Notes: generated by a model not told the origin, from the letters alone. A DNA stretch of 58,431 nucleotides, filler included, from Sphacelaria rigidula (GCA_964200075.2; 9 parts of 9 records of this genome joined end to end with filler, not necessarily neighbours in it), one strand, 5' to 3'; counted from the first letter of the whole stretch, positions 37,499-50,088 are shown. A program made the numbers and translations.

Positions 37499-37680
37499 CG
37501 GAGGGCGTGTTGGAATTTGAGAAATGACAATTCCGAATATTCATACTCGAATTAGCGTTAGAACCAGTCACGGTCCATCGTTAGAAGAAAAATCGTAGTA
37601 ATATACGAAGGAGTGAATGTTTCGTCCTAAAATAATGAATAGTTCATGTACTGTGTAGCTCGTATATAGACAGTCAGCAT
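37499..37680 (+). mobile_element. Possible polypurine tract and start of a 3' LTR
   Basis: GGGAGGGCG is followed directly by TGTTGGAA at 37508. The LTR end is not defined. Confidence 0.45.
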
Positions 37681-38922
37681 ATGATCAGAATACTGAAGGG
37701 TTGAGTACGAAGAGTCTAAAGTATCAACAGTTCGGATAAACAGTTTTAAAGTGTCCCAGAGTTTTGTCGACACAATGAAATAGCCCCAGGCTATTTACTC
37801 TCCAAAACGATCCACTTCAAGGAAGCCTCCCAGCTTATCATCAGTATTATGTGGAATAGAGACTGATTGTGTTTAATTTGAATAACGCCTAGATGAAGCG
37901 GCAAGTTTGGCCATTATTTTCTCATCGCACAAGCAAGTGTTTAACCAACACTGTGCAGCCTCCGCGAGCTCTCTTGTCAGAGCTGGGTTCACCAGTTGAA
38001 CCGATTGTTCCTGTCAGGTCGACAGTCGAACGTTGTGTATTCAGTATACAAGCCACGATAGCCACACATATATGTCAACATGGTGCTGTTGGACGGGTGT
38101 ACTTTGCGTGGAGTACTCGACTGTATATGACCCCCGGCATGTTTCCACCTTTGGAAGAGCAAAAATATTTCATTTCAACTCCTTGTAATTAACGAGCAGC
38201 CGATACAGTTTCCGTCATTCAGCTCAGGTACAGCTTGATGTTCAGGAATAGTATGCGGGGAGGAGGAACTACTCAAGAATACCTGTGGCCTTTCCTGCCA
38301 CGAATAGGTATGCGGGAGTTTATGACAATTGCATGACCGTTAACTCAAGCGTCTTTATCGCGGCATGGCCTGTACCTGTTTGCCGCCGACGAAACGTCAC
38401 AGGTATACCTCGACCTGTCGTCTACCCTTCAAGGGATAGAGGTTGTCACTGGACGTTTGGGCGTGACAGGGCGGATATGTTCGTCACACCGGATGCCACG
38501 AGACGGAGCAGGGCCAGTTTCCCGACGCAAATAACGACGGAATAGAGCGAGGTCTTATCCCTCCCGCTTCGGGACGGAATGGGAACGTTTCCGGTCGCTA
38601 CGAAAAATATTGGAGAGCACGGGAGGTCTCGGGGATCATTGGGACGGAACGGGACAGGACGGCATTTTTAATCCCGTGCCATTTTTACGGGAAGCAGGTA
38701 CACGACCTGCCCGAACAAGACGCGCTGACAATACAGATAGTATAGTGCAGCTGTGCTTGGACACGTCCACGAAGAAACAATCGTCGCCTTTTACGTGCAA
38801 GTCGTGATGGTATCAATTGAATCGAATCACGATATAGACGGCAGATACGGCGAACAACAGCCGATTTTATATTCTGGGGTTCATACAAAATATGAGGATG
38901 AAGTGGCATATCTCTCTTGCAC

Positions 38923-39022
38923 NNNNNNNNNNNNNNNNNNNNNNNNNNNNNNNNNNNNNNNNNNNNTTAATTAATTAANNNNNNNNNNNNNNNNNNNNNN
39001 NNNNNNNNNNNNNNNNNNNNNN
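38923..39022. other. Artificial contig linker
   Basis: N44-TTAATTAATTAA-N44. Confidence 0.99.
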
Positions 39023-39564
39023 GCCACAGCTGCTCAACTGCTGCGGACATTCGGGGGGGAAGATGGCTTCGCTCGGTCGTACGTGTTTCGCGTCTTCCCT
39101 GCAAGAGAGAAATGCCACTTCAACCCCATATTTTTTATGAACCTCATTCTCTAGGATCCACTGTTAAAAGACAACAACTACACACTCTACAGCACCACAC
39201 ATGTGCGATGAGCAACTCCCGGTTGACACCCCCAGCCAACAACACTGCATCTGGACAGCAAGCAGTAATGAAGCAGTGGTAGTTTATAGAAGATGCACGC
39301 CCGCCTAGCTTATAGTCCTTTGTGGTGTGGAGAGTGAAGATGGCTGGATTTGTGACAAAATGTTTGCAGCGTGTTGCCAGGTGGTGGGGGTTTAGGCGTT
39401 AGTCGGGATGGCAAAACGGAGACAATGAGAGGGTTGCAGGTGGACGCATGGATTTATATCGTGGTTCAACAGGCTTTTTGGTTACCGTGAGAAAGACGAC
39501 TGTTTGACGTGGTAGGCGCCAACAAATATTATAAGAAGGAAAAAACACCAACTACCGTCACTTA

Positions 39565-40135
39565 GGGCGTGTCTTGTTTATACTTGTTTGCTCTGCTTCT
39601 TGGCGTTTGAGCGTTTGGGCGCGCCGTCCCTCTAGCGCTGTCGTGTGTGCCTCTATGCAGTATGCCCGGCACGTTCATAACTGTATGCAGCTCAATGATT
39701 ATACATTTAACTCGTCACTCGTTACAGACACATAAATAACATTAATAAACTACACCCTCAGAGTAATCCTGTATAATCTGGACGAATCGTTCCTATCTCC
39801 AGAGATACCTGGGGGGATATCGGGTGCGATCTCGGATACGCATAGAATAGTCCTAATATCCGGATATGATATTTCTTATGCGAGATTGAAGATATATGCG
39901 AGAGTTTTACCCAATATATTTATACCCTATTGGGACCATTTTCAGATCCAATACCGAACTCTAATATTTTCGATCGAAAAAAAAGTTTTTCACTCTTTGC
40001 ATTCTTCTCCGCGCGCCGCTAATTATAACTTTGAGTTGAAGCCTCGACGAACATGAATGCGGTGGACCTATCAGATGGGCCGAAACAAAATCGATCGCAC
40101 TTTTTCGATCGAAAAGAAAATGCGAAGACACGCCC
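39565..40135. mobile_element. PIF/Harbinger (Tourist-like) non-autonomous element, 571 bp
   Basis: TIR GGGCGTGTCTT / AAGACACGCCC with a perfect TTA target-site duplication. Confidence 0.8.
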
Positions 40136-40332
40136 TTAACGGTGCTAATCGGGGCAAAAAAAGTGACTGGGCTGTTCGAGGAAATCACATCGACCACAGG
40201 CAAGAATTCCCCTTTTCCTTTTTTGGTTCTGGGATGCTCCGCCCAAATACACTTGTTTCTACAATCCAATCTCTTTACGGGGCGATCGCAGGGGCAAGCA
40301 ATGCCCTCCCTGTCCCCTACACTCTGTTGCTG

Positions 40333-40625
40333 CACGGGTGTCCACTGGGGTCTATAACCTGGCCATTTTGGGACCTTATCCACCTTCGGCAAGGTCCGCG
40401 GGTTGGGTAGACAACTGAAGAGCATTCGCACAGCATGGAAAGGATCGAAACAAAACATGTCCCAGTCTATAGGCGGGTGACTCCCCTGTAGACTGGAACA
40501 TGCTTTGTTTCGATCCTGTCCATGCTGTGCGAATGCTCTTCAGTTGTCCACCTAATCCGCGGACCTTACCGAATGTGGATAAGGTCCCAAAATGGCCAGG
40601 TTACAGACCCCAGTGGCCACCCGTG
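40333..40625. repeat. 293-bp near-perfect palindrome (foldback)
   Basis: Arms of about 145 bp with about 13 substitutions (counted by eye), no indels and a loop of about 3 nt centred at 40479. Termini CACGGG...CCCGTG are flanked by TG on both sides. Confidence 0.95.
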
Positions 40626-41499
40626 TGACCATCCATACGCACCCGATAGCAGTGGCCTTGTCCTCCTCCTTTGAAGGCGAACCCTCTAAACCTGAACAAA
40701 GCGTATTATTTGAAAATAATTTCCGGCTTACTGATCTGACCGCGGGACGTGCCCTGAAATGGCCACTGCAGCGTGATGCATTGGGGTTGGGAGCACCCAA
40801 CGCAACAATCGGCACCCGAAACGCACACGTGCACTCGAAACGCACACGTAACCGTGGAGAACCGCCCGGATGAAACTTATCAATCGATGGAGTACGTCGT
40901 GGGCGACGCGCCATCCCCAAGAAGTTCAAGTGAAAAAAAACCATAGCCAGAAGGGGCTCGGGGAGAAACGTCGGGGTGCAGATCTGAATCGGTCGCGGAG
41001 TAACTTTACTTCAGTGCGTACGCATGTGCAAATATAAAACCCCGAGACATTTTCTGCTGGGGAAAGCCTCGCCGCTTGTGTACACAGCTGCACAAGGAAC
41101 CCAAGGTGAAAAGCATTGCGTGTACTGGAGCAGACAACATCACGGTGACCGAATAGTGCTTTCCTCTTCATCTGTGTTGTTGATTGTATTGGTACCGCCA
41201 TGTTCGCCGTACCACACTACAGCCTCCGTCCGCTGCAACTTGAGCTTGTACATTGGGAATACACCGACAAATGTCTCTCACACTCCACTCAACCCATGGT
41301 CAGGCATATGTCGTATCGGCCTACTTTTCACTTGAAAAATGAGTGCAAAACCCACATGACCTAAACAGGGGTCCGAGAGTTCAACTTTAGAGCCGGATAT
41401 TTGTGGGAAGAGGCGACCGTCCCCAGATATTCTGATTTGAAAAATGAACACAAGACGTCATCCTGGCGATCAAGCGTCACTTTTAGAGCGGGCGGCAAG

Positions 41500-42220
41500 A
41501 GTGACGATCTCCGAAGGAGTAATCCGATACTCGACTGTTCCCACAGAAGAAGGGAGAAATGCGGCGGGGGGCACAGAGGAGGTAGCATTGTACTGTACTG
41601 CGCTGCGCTGTACTGATTGTACTGCGCTGCACGGTGCACTTCGGCTTTGTCTATTTACACAGAGAGCAGCCACCTCATGATGGGCCGGTTGTGTTTGTTA
41701 TGGGAGAGCTATTTACTTCAAAAATGAATACCCACCACAGCCCAAAAAGCTTTTTCTGCAACTGGACGCAGGAATAACGGTGTCGGAGAGTTTCGTGTAG
41801 TCTGATCCTTGGTGATACCCATAGACGAACGGAACGAACGCAACGGGTGGAAGAGAGAAGACAACACTGTACTGTAATGTAGAGCATTCCACTGCTGTGC
41901 TCTACTGTGCGTTTTCGATTGGCTTTGTCTCGACCCGTATAGAGGGGTACCCCCAGGGCTGGTCATCTGTGTTGCAGTGTCACAGTTTCGGCGTGAACAT
42001 GAATGATAAACAGACCGTACCGGCGATGCAATGCAGCAGGGGCGTGTACGTGTCATGTGTCATGAGTGCAGATGGCCTTCTGCACTTCTTTTCCCGACCG
42101 ACCGGGCGGCCCAGTCGCTTCTTCGCCGATCGCCTGGGCGTATCATTCCCATCTCATTGGCTTATGCGATTTTCCGTCAGGAAGATCCCGGACACGTTTT
42201 GCGAAAAATTCCTATACATT
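41500..42220 (+). repeat. Modular dispersed repeat with (TACTG)n-like segments, homologous to about 45850-46580
   Basis: Shared GAGAGAAGACAACACT, GGTCATCTG, GGCCTTC, CCGACCGG and TCAGGAAGA.CC.GGACAC...TTCCTATA. Confidence 0.65.
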
Positions 42221-44703
42221 TTTGCCCCGAGTAGCACCTCCAGCAGTATAGCAGTTCACAGCATCGCAATGCACTGTTGTAGGGTTCTGTATTGCACTCT
42301 CTGTACTGCACTGCACTCCACGCTGCACAGAACTATAGCACTACAGCACCACAGACAGTGTCCTGTAGTGCGCCGTAGTGGATTGAAGTACTGCGGGTGC
42401 AGTGAAAAAGCGTAGTGTACAGTATGATGCGTACGGTATCGCAGTGTACAGTACAGCCAGTGTTGTGCCGGTCTATGCCCTTTTGAAGTGGACGCTGGTC
42501 GATCGTAAATTTGGCGAGGCAACCTGCGGCCAATCACAGCGATAAAAATAATGTACGTCAAGCCACGTCACATCAGCTTACGCTATGAGCTTTGAAACGT
42601 CCACTATGAAGTTTCGAAAAGCTTCCACTCTGCACTCTGACTATGATATAAAAAAAACATCTTCCGAAACTCTCTAATGCAGTGGGGGCAATACGGGAGC
42701 CCTCGTGCCGGCGACAGCAATGGCACTGAATTGCGAAGGCTTGCAGGTGGTCGCAACCTGTTGGTGATTACGTTCGTCCTTACATATCAATGCAAGCAAA
42801 TGAAGTCTGACGTTGACGGACTGACGTCGACACACGTCAACAGTCTTCCAACTTGTCGCCCTTGAGCTCAAGCAGGGGGAGATCCAAAGATACCGTCGGT
42901 GCATTGGATAGTGATCATGCCGATATACTCATGAGACTCACCGAGACGGTGCTTTTATATATGACCCGACGGTCCCGTGTACAAGGGTGATTCGAGGATG
43001 CTGCGATCCGAGCCGAAATCGGGAAGGCCTGGAAAGAGTAGAAGAGGAAGAGATCGGCGATGCGATTAGGCCCAAAAGGTGGCTCCGCATGCCGCACCCT
43101 GCGAACGATGCGCAGGAGGTCGAGCGAGGTGACCCAAGCTGGGTTGAACGGGTGCTTGGATGTGTATGAGATTAAGTTGGAGGAGCACGCAGGCCCGGGC
43201 ACATGAGAAGCTGGTACGGGAATTTGGGGCACGGATGAAAGCCTTAGAGAGCAAACACTACTAAACGTCGACCGTGAGGAAACTGCTACGATAGCGCAGG
43301 GATCACATCTGTCGTAGACGGAAAGGGCAGTGATCCAATTTGCTGACTTCATCTGCAACTCTCGATCGAGTCATAATCTACATCATATTACTAGCCGAAA
43401 GGTATATCTGCCATAGATCCACCAGTCCTGTATAAATCAGAAGAGGCGCCGAGAGCTGTGGCTTTCGGTGGAACAAGAGGACCGGATGAGCTACCTACTC
43501 AACTCATTGAGTCCGGGTTGATCGGAGAGGTTCGGAGATCCTGACTCCGCTTGATGTCCGACGAGGTGTCGCAGGAGTGAAATGTCCCGCTCTCAAACGT
43601 CTTCACGGGAAGCACAAAGGGCGATTGGGGTCAGTATACGGGCGGCTCTATCGTGGTGTATTGTGATCAAGTTTTTCTCGATATTTTAGTCAGCAGGCTC
43701 AGTAGTTTTTGGAACTATGATGGTGGTCCCTTGGCTCTTCAGACTAATGGAATCGTGAAACAAGATAAAGGCCATGCGTCTGTGGTTCGTGCCAAGCTCC
43801 CCCAAGATGGATCTGTGCTCTCTGGCGGCAATCCCGCGGTACCCATAGGCCATCGACTTTGTCTTTCTTAGTGATAGCAGCGAAGACACAAATATTTCGG
43901 TCGACATGATGCGATGCACCAGCCCTGCGTGGGCACGCCTCCGAACGTACAGCTGCCAACTTTTCGACGGATTCAATGCTCAGCTCTCGTCCGGAATCTG
44001 GTTGCTCAAAGGGAAGGAAGTGGACACTGTGCTGTGCGGGTGTCCTAGGTAAAGGCTGTGCCCACAGCGCCCCGAGTGTCTTTTCGGGAAGGATTGCGCT
44101 GACATGAGCTCTCGAATGAAAAGGAGGTGACCATATACGAACAAACGGAGGCAATGATCTGAAAGTGTCGAATTTGATCATCGGGCGTCCTCGTCTGCAG
44201 GATAAAAGACGTCTCTCAAAGTGCACCATGTTCGGACGGTGGACTCTAGAAGGGCTCGAAGAGGTCTGGCTGGTCTTCGAACTACTTGGGTGATGGGGAA
44301 CTGTCTCTGGGAGAACCTGCGTGCCTCGAGGGCTGTTTCCAGGACTAGAGCAAGGTTCTACGGCCTAGAGGTCTTGCAAGATTGGGATCCGAAGAGCGCG
44401 GACAAATGGCACCTGGTGGTCGAGATTGGGTGAAGGAGTAGCAACGCGTACTTCGGCCAATCCAACCTAGGTGACAAGCAAGAGGCTTTGCGATGAGAGC
44501 CGCCACAACGAGGGTCACTGCCGCTGATACAACAGCAGTAACATCCTGCGAGGAATTCAAGATGGACGAGATCGAGAACATGACGCTCTTTGTCTCGAGC
44601 TAGATATGAGGAGGGGGAGGGGGAGAACACGGGAAGTAAACCCCTGCTATCCTACGGGCTATTGACTCCTCTCCTGGGCTTGCAACTCTGGCGATGTCCC
44701 CTA

Positions 44704-45074
44704 CAAGCTGGGCCAGCCTAGAGGCGGATTTAAAGTTTGTAGGCCCATGCTCTTTTATACATTTCGAGTTGGGCCCTGAAATTTGGTATGGATAATGCAT
44801 AAGGCATGAGAAAAATAAAAACTTCGGTACCAATTTGTTTTTATTTTCTTCATGAGTTAGGGGCATTTTACTGATACCTGAAAACCGATTATTGCCCTCA
44901 ACTCATGAAAAAAAAGCACTTTTAGTACTCCAGTAGTTTTTTTATGCCCTATGCACTGTCCATACCAAATTTCAGGGTCCAACTCTAAATGTGTAAAAGA
45001 GCATGAGCCTATCAAAAACCGGGTCGGTAGAAATTCAAAACAGTTTTCTCAGGCCACTCACCGGCCCACGTTTG
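44704..45074. mobile_element. MITE with internal inverted arms of about 75 bp (related to about 31858-31910 and 56389-57581)
   Basis: Left end CAAGCTGGGCCAGCCTAGAGGCGGATTTAAAGTTTGTAGGCCC, with inverted pair 44741-44815 / 44938-45010. Confidence 0.7.
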
Positions 45075-45425
45075 GTTTTCGTGTATTAAAATCTGGTATG
45101 GGCGCTTTCTATTCCATCTTTTCGTCTTACTTGTTGTCTGTGCTCTTCTTCCTGAGTTCCTGTTGCTTTTACAAACTAGCGAGGGGATGTTAGTGTTCAA
45201 ACAATGAGATCCTCAAGTAGCTGGCTCGCAACCTGGATTCACGGCATTTCTATTGTTTGTTGTGCTTGTTCCTTACCTTACGCCCTGGCATGGTCTGTCG
45301 CGGTTTTCTCGAGACCGGCACTAGATCTTCGCGTGGTGTTTCGTCTTTATTACACCCAGCCACATAAAAAAAGGGGTCAAAGGGTAAAAAAAGAAAGTGA
45401 AAATAAAAGGAGACGAAAAACTAAA

Positions 45426-45525
45426 NNNNNNNNNNNNNNNNNNNNNNNNNNNNNNNNNNNNNNNNNNNNTTAATTAATTAANNNNNNNNNNNNNNNNNNN
45501 NNNNNNNNNNNNNNNNNNNNNNNNN
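45426..45525. other. Artificial contig linker
   Basis: N44-TTAATTAATTAA-N44. Confidence 0.99.
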
Positions 45526-45830
45526 CAGAGACAGCCACGGCTTATACACTGCCTTATGGATGTCTCACCATTTAAACACCACGTAGTACGATCATCCCCA
45601 TTGTGCGGGGTTGAGGTTCTCCCCCGCCGCACAACATGATCCAGCTCGGCTACCATCATGGTTACCGCAAAAAAACGCAAGCGCGCCAAACAAAACGGTA
45701 ATCTGGTTGCCTAGCTTACGCAGTGAGTGGCGTGTTTTCACAGCGTTATCGCAAACCGACGCCAACCCCATCGGGGGTCCGCCCCCACAAAGCCGGGACG
45801 GAGCACGCCGGGTTCTCGCCGGACCAGGCT
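45526..45830. mobile_element. Non-autonomous element: body of the 53902-54197 family with the terminus of the 53361-53756 family
   Basis: 45526-45780 aligns with about 53917-54170. 45787-45830 (ACAAAGCCGGGACGGAGCACGCCGGGTTCTCGCCGGACCAGGCT) matches about 53713-53756. Confidence 0.75.
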
Positions 45831-46579
45831 AAACAGGAACGCATGGGGGGGGTGGAAGAGACGACAACACTCCTCTGAAGTGTACCGTGCTACATCGCTC
45901 ACGCTCTCCAGAGGTTTCTTGTCATCTGGTCCATGGCGGTACCCACAAATCATGAAAGGATGGGAAGGAACGCACGGGGGGACGAGAGAGAAGACAACAC
46001 TCTACTGAACTGTACCGTACTGCATCGTACTGGATTGTTCTGTAGTGTACTGTGCCTTGTTCTGCTTTGTCTGTCTATGTACAACCACCTGCAGGGCGAG
46101 TAATCTGCTGTGCATTGGCATAATTTTGAATTTAAAGATGAACGCAAGAAACAGGTGACCCACCGTGGAGGCTCACAGGCTCAACGCCTTTCAATGGTTT
46201 CGTGTAATCGGATCATTGGTGGCGCCCGTAGAAGAAGGGAAGGAAAGCAGCGGGGGAAGAGATGAGAAAATATTGCACTGTATCACACAGCGCTTGTACT
46301 GCATTGTACTGCTGTTGCTGTTGTACTCCGTTTCAATTCGGGTTTGTCTACAGTCACCCCGAGGGTGGGTCATCTGCATCGAATAGCCTTTACTTGCTGC
46401 TTGAAAAATGAATCATCAGTACGATCATGAACACTGCACCTGCGGCAATTTGTGTGATCTGCGCAGAAGGCCTTCCGGCGTTCTCTTGGAACCGACCGGA
46501 CGGATCCTTTATTTCTGACTGACTAGCTTGGTTTGTCCATCAGGAAGAGCCAGGACACTTTGGGGCGGAATTTTCCTAT

Positions 46580-47890
46580 ATGTTTTGTGAGCGATTCGCA
46601 CCCCTAACTGTCCCAAAAACTTCTGGAAATAGTTTGGAATTTTCCCAATACAAACACGAGCTAATCAACTCCGCGAGCAGCGAGGGAGTTGATCGAGTAT
46701 TCATCATGTCGGACTATAGTTCGCATGACGTGGAGGTTGGGAACACGGAACTGTCCGTGCGTCTCCTAGAGGCGAGGCACGGGGAAAATATTGTAGTCGC
46801 AAACATTAAAGCAAGACAGATGTGGGTGGTGAGTCTGGACCACAAACGGGACCGAAATACTCTGTCCCGAATTCCTTCTCCTGCAGCTGTATGGCGTGAA
46901 TCGAACGACTTCTACAGTCCCAAGACTCACGGGGCTAGATTAGCACGCCTGGAAAAGTATGATCATGTGAGAATTGGTGTTCGTGATGACACAATTCGAA
47001 ACCTGATCGAGATTGAAGAAGTGGCAAGACAGTTGAAATCGTATGACACCAGCATCGACCTGACTGAGGCCCAAACCCTCCTCAATTCGTCCATGCCCTC
47101 CTCGCGGAATATAGCTTCCAGAAGCAAGCGCTGAAGAAGCGGGAGGGCCCACTCTCGAGGTAAATCGTGGTGGGGCCAATTCGAAAACGTTTCAAGTCGG
47201 AAGTGTTCAAGCAGGAACTCGCCAAGGGGGAAACGACTTCTTTAGGCGACCAGGCCCTTGCTGCCAAGGGCCAGCCTGGCAAGCTTAACGGCTCACGTCG
47301 GAAAGGAAAACCGGGGAAGAATCAGGACCCAGATCGCGATGGCGACGAGGACCAGGGTAAAAACAGCCAGTCGCGGACTTCACCGTCAAACAGCCAAACG
47401 GGGGCCGCGACGACGTAGCGATGCCATATCTGTCAAACGATGACGACACATCGGTCGAGAGGGTGTCCGGACAGGTACCACGGCAAGTGCGGCAAGAGAG
47501 GGCATCAGCTGCTCGACTGCCCGAAGACTGGAGAGAACGTAGTGATGGCAATGGGCTTGGTGAGCGACTTCGTCGACGACGACTCCATATGCTCGGATTC
47601 TAATGCGGAGGCGCTCGCCAGCATCGACCTGACGATGGCCGAAGACACCACAGGCGAGTGTGCCTTTGTGATTGAGAAGGGGGTGTAAAGCAGCCAGATT
47701 GGGGCGAACCGTGGGTGTTTGACACGGGGGCACCCGGCATTTTTCGCCAGATTCGAATAAGATTACGGATTATAAAAACTCCAGGGGTTGAATACTGTGG
47801 TGTGCAGGCAACGGTACCTTCCCGATCGTCGGGAGAGGAAAATTGACTCCGGCTTTTCGATCTGACGGACGTGATGTAGTTTTACATATG
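46580..47890 (+). mobile_element. Degenerate Ty1/copia gag-protease fragment
   Basis: Gag-like ORF 46580..47134 (SPAAVWRE..DFYSPKTHGARL), zinc-knuckle remnant KCGKRGHQLLDCP (about 47485-47523) and protease EPWVFDTGA (about 47706-47732), all frameshifted. Confidence 0.8.
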
Positions 47891-47899
47891 AAATATGTA

Positions 47900-49830
47900 G
47901 ACCGAGTTAGACGGCATTATGCACTGTTTCCCCCCAAAGCACTACCTGTTTGTTTTAATGGACGCTAACGCAAGGAATGGACTACGAATAGGCGAGGAGG
48001 AACGTAAAGTTGTAGAAGTACACGGCCGAGACTCCCGATCCAACGACAGTAACGGCATATCTCTAATACAATTTGCAGGCGACAACAGGCTTTCCCTGGT
48101 CAATACCTTAGTTTCCACCCCTAAGGAGAACACCTCGCGTACGTTCAACGGTGTTGCGAATCGCCCCGCGGACAGAAAACGCATTGACTACATTATCACA
48201 CGGCGAGATCACCGCAGGTTCGTTCTTAGTGTCACCGTCCACCTTCAACCCACCAACTCGCCGGACTCTGTCCAGAACATGGTGTGCGCCTCAGTACCGC
48301 TCCTTCGTCACTTCGCACACAACAGACCTAGACGAATCCCAATTGGGCGTACACCGATCGACAGACGGCCAATAGTATCTGATCCCGTCAAAAGTGAGCA
48401 GCTCACCAAGCTCATCATCAGCGAGCTCGAACAGAGTATATCTGGTGATACAGTTAGTTCACTGGCTACGAACTCTGCCGACGTACTCTCGAGTGCCGCT
48501 GAAAAAGTGGTACCCCATCTGACCCGAAAGCCACGTATACCGGGGTGGTTCGAGGATGCTGACATCAGAACGGAATCCGAACTTTCCTGGATGGAGAGAG
48601 AAGGGGCGAGATCAACGGTGAAACTGGGGTAATCTCTAGATAAACTCGCATGGTGAACATTGCGAGCAGCATGAAAAAGATCAAAAAGGTTATCCAAGTT
48701 GGGGTTGACAAATATATAGATGTGTATGCTGGAGAACTAGAGAAGTATACTCGAGCGGGGGACATGAGAGGGTGCTACAGACATCTCAACGGAGGGTGGA
48801 AACTGTCTGGACGACGAATCGAGAGTAAACAGTGCGTTCGAGATGAGGACGGCAACTTACTGCGGGACAGAGGGTTGATCAGTGGGAGATGAGGACGGTA
48901 CTGTTCTACATTGCTGAACGCCATATCGGCAACTATCGACCGCACCATCATCGAGAAGATTGCTCAACGACCAACAGCGTTGTCACTAGGAGACCCATCA
49001 AGCCCAAGTGTGAGCCCAAGTGAACTGAGGAGGTCCTGAGAACTATGTCGAATGGCAAAGCAACGGGTCCGGATGGTATTCCTGCTGAAATCCTGAAGCT
49101 TGGACTAAGCGGGAAGGCGTCGGACATTACGTACCACTCCCACGACGTCGTCTCTGCGGTTTGGACATCTGGCGAGGTGCCGCAAGAATGGAAATATGTC
49201 GCCATCAAAGTGCTACACAAAGAACGAGATACGACCCAGTGTAGTAACTACAGAGGCATCTCACTTGTGGCACGTACTACTAAAGTTCTCTTCAAAATCG
49301 TAGCCAACAGGCTCAGTGATATTTGTGAGGAAACAGGTGTCTTCCTGGAAGAGCAGTGTGGATTTTGGCGCCAAAAATCGACCATAGACGTGATGCTTGT
49401 AGTACGCCGACTCCAGGAGTTGGGACGGGAAAGCAACATCCCAATGAGCATGCGTTTTCTCGATCTGCAGAAAGCCTCCGATTCTGTAGACCGCACGCTC
49501 CTGTGGGAAGTGCTTGCTCGGTTCGGAGTCCCGTCGCGAATAATCGTGATCATCCGTATGTTTGACGACGGCATGCGAGCTCGAGTGTAGCTACATAGTG
49601 GCGAGCTATCAGGGTGGTTCGACGTCTGTCAGGGACTCAGACAAGGTTGCGCTTCGTCTCCGCCGCTGTTCAACATCTTCGGAGCAGGCTTGGTGGAAGT
49701 GATCGTCCAGCGGTTTGCGGCGGACCCAGTCATCGTCTCAGACTTGGTCTTTCTAGACGACGCGCCACAAGGTTTCGATGGTGAATCCGTGGGAAAGACA
49801 CTACCAGAAAAGGTGCGATGTGCGTAACGG
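47900..49830 (+). mobile_element. Degenerate RTE-type non-LTR retrotransposon (APE endonuclease and RT), truncated at both ends
   Basis: Endonuclease motifs LMDANAR, LSLVNT, KRIDYIITR. RT motifs GKATGPDGIPAEILK, NYRGISL, EEQCGF, FLDLQKASDSVDR, GLRQGC.SSP.LFNIF. In-frame stops are present and no YADD region is reached. Confidence 0.92.
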
Positions 49831-49853
49831 GAAGCCTCATGCACCGGGTGCAT

Positions 49854-50088
49854 TGTCGGGGGAAGTTGTAGGCCTGACATGGCCAGTTGAGAACAGGTAT
49901 TATTTATGTAATTAATTCACCCATATTTGCCCACTCACACACACATAACACACACACTAACTGAGCGAACACTGAATGAAGTGGGGCGGGAAATCTTTCA
50001 TACAAAATCACACGTCATAATCCCATATTTTTGCCACGCAAGAAGGGCGTGTGCCCCCAGTAGCTGTGTACTGCATGCAAGCACTACA
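49854..50088 (-). mobile_element. Possible LTR (TG...CA, 235 bp) next to the LINE truncation point
   Basis: Minus strand TGTAGTGC...TAAATAATAC...TTCCCCCGACA. There is no partner LTR in the window. Confidence 0.4.

Noticed and set aside
45600..45780. HDV-like ribozyme (GGGGTTG/CAACCCC pairing on the minus strand)
   Set aside because: The P1.1 GG and L3 features are missing and the pairing is altered in the copy at 53902-54197. None of the CTGATGA sites I noticed in the window had a hammerhead core either.
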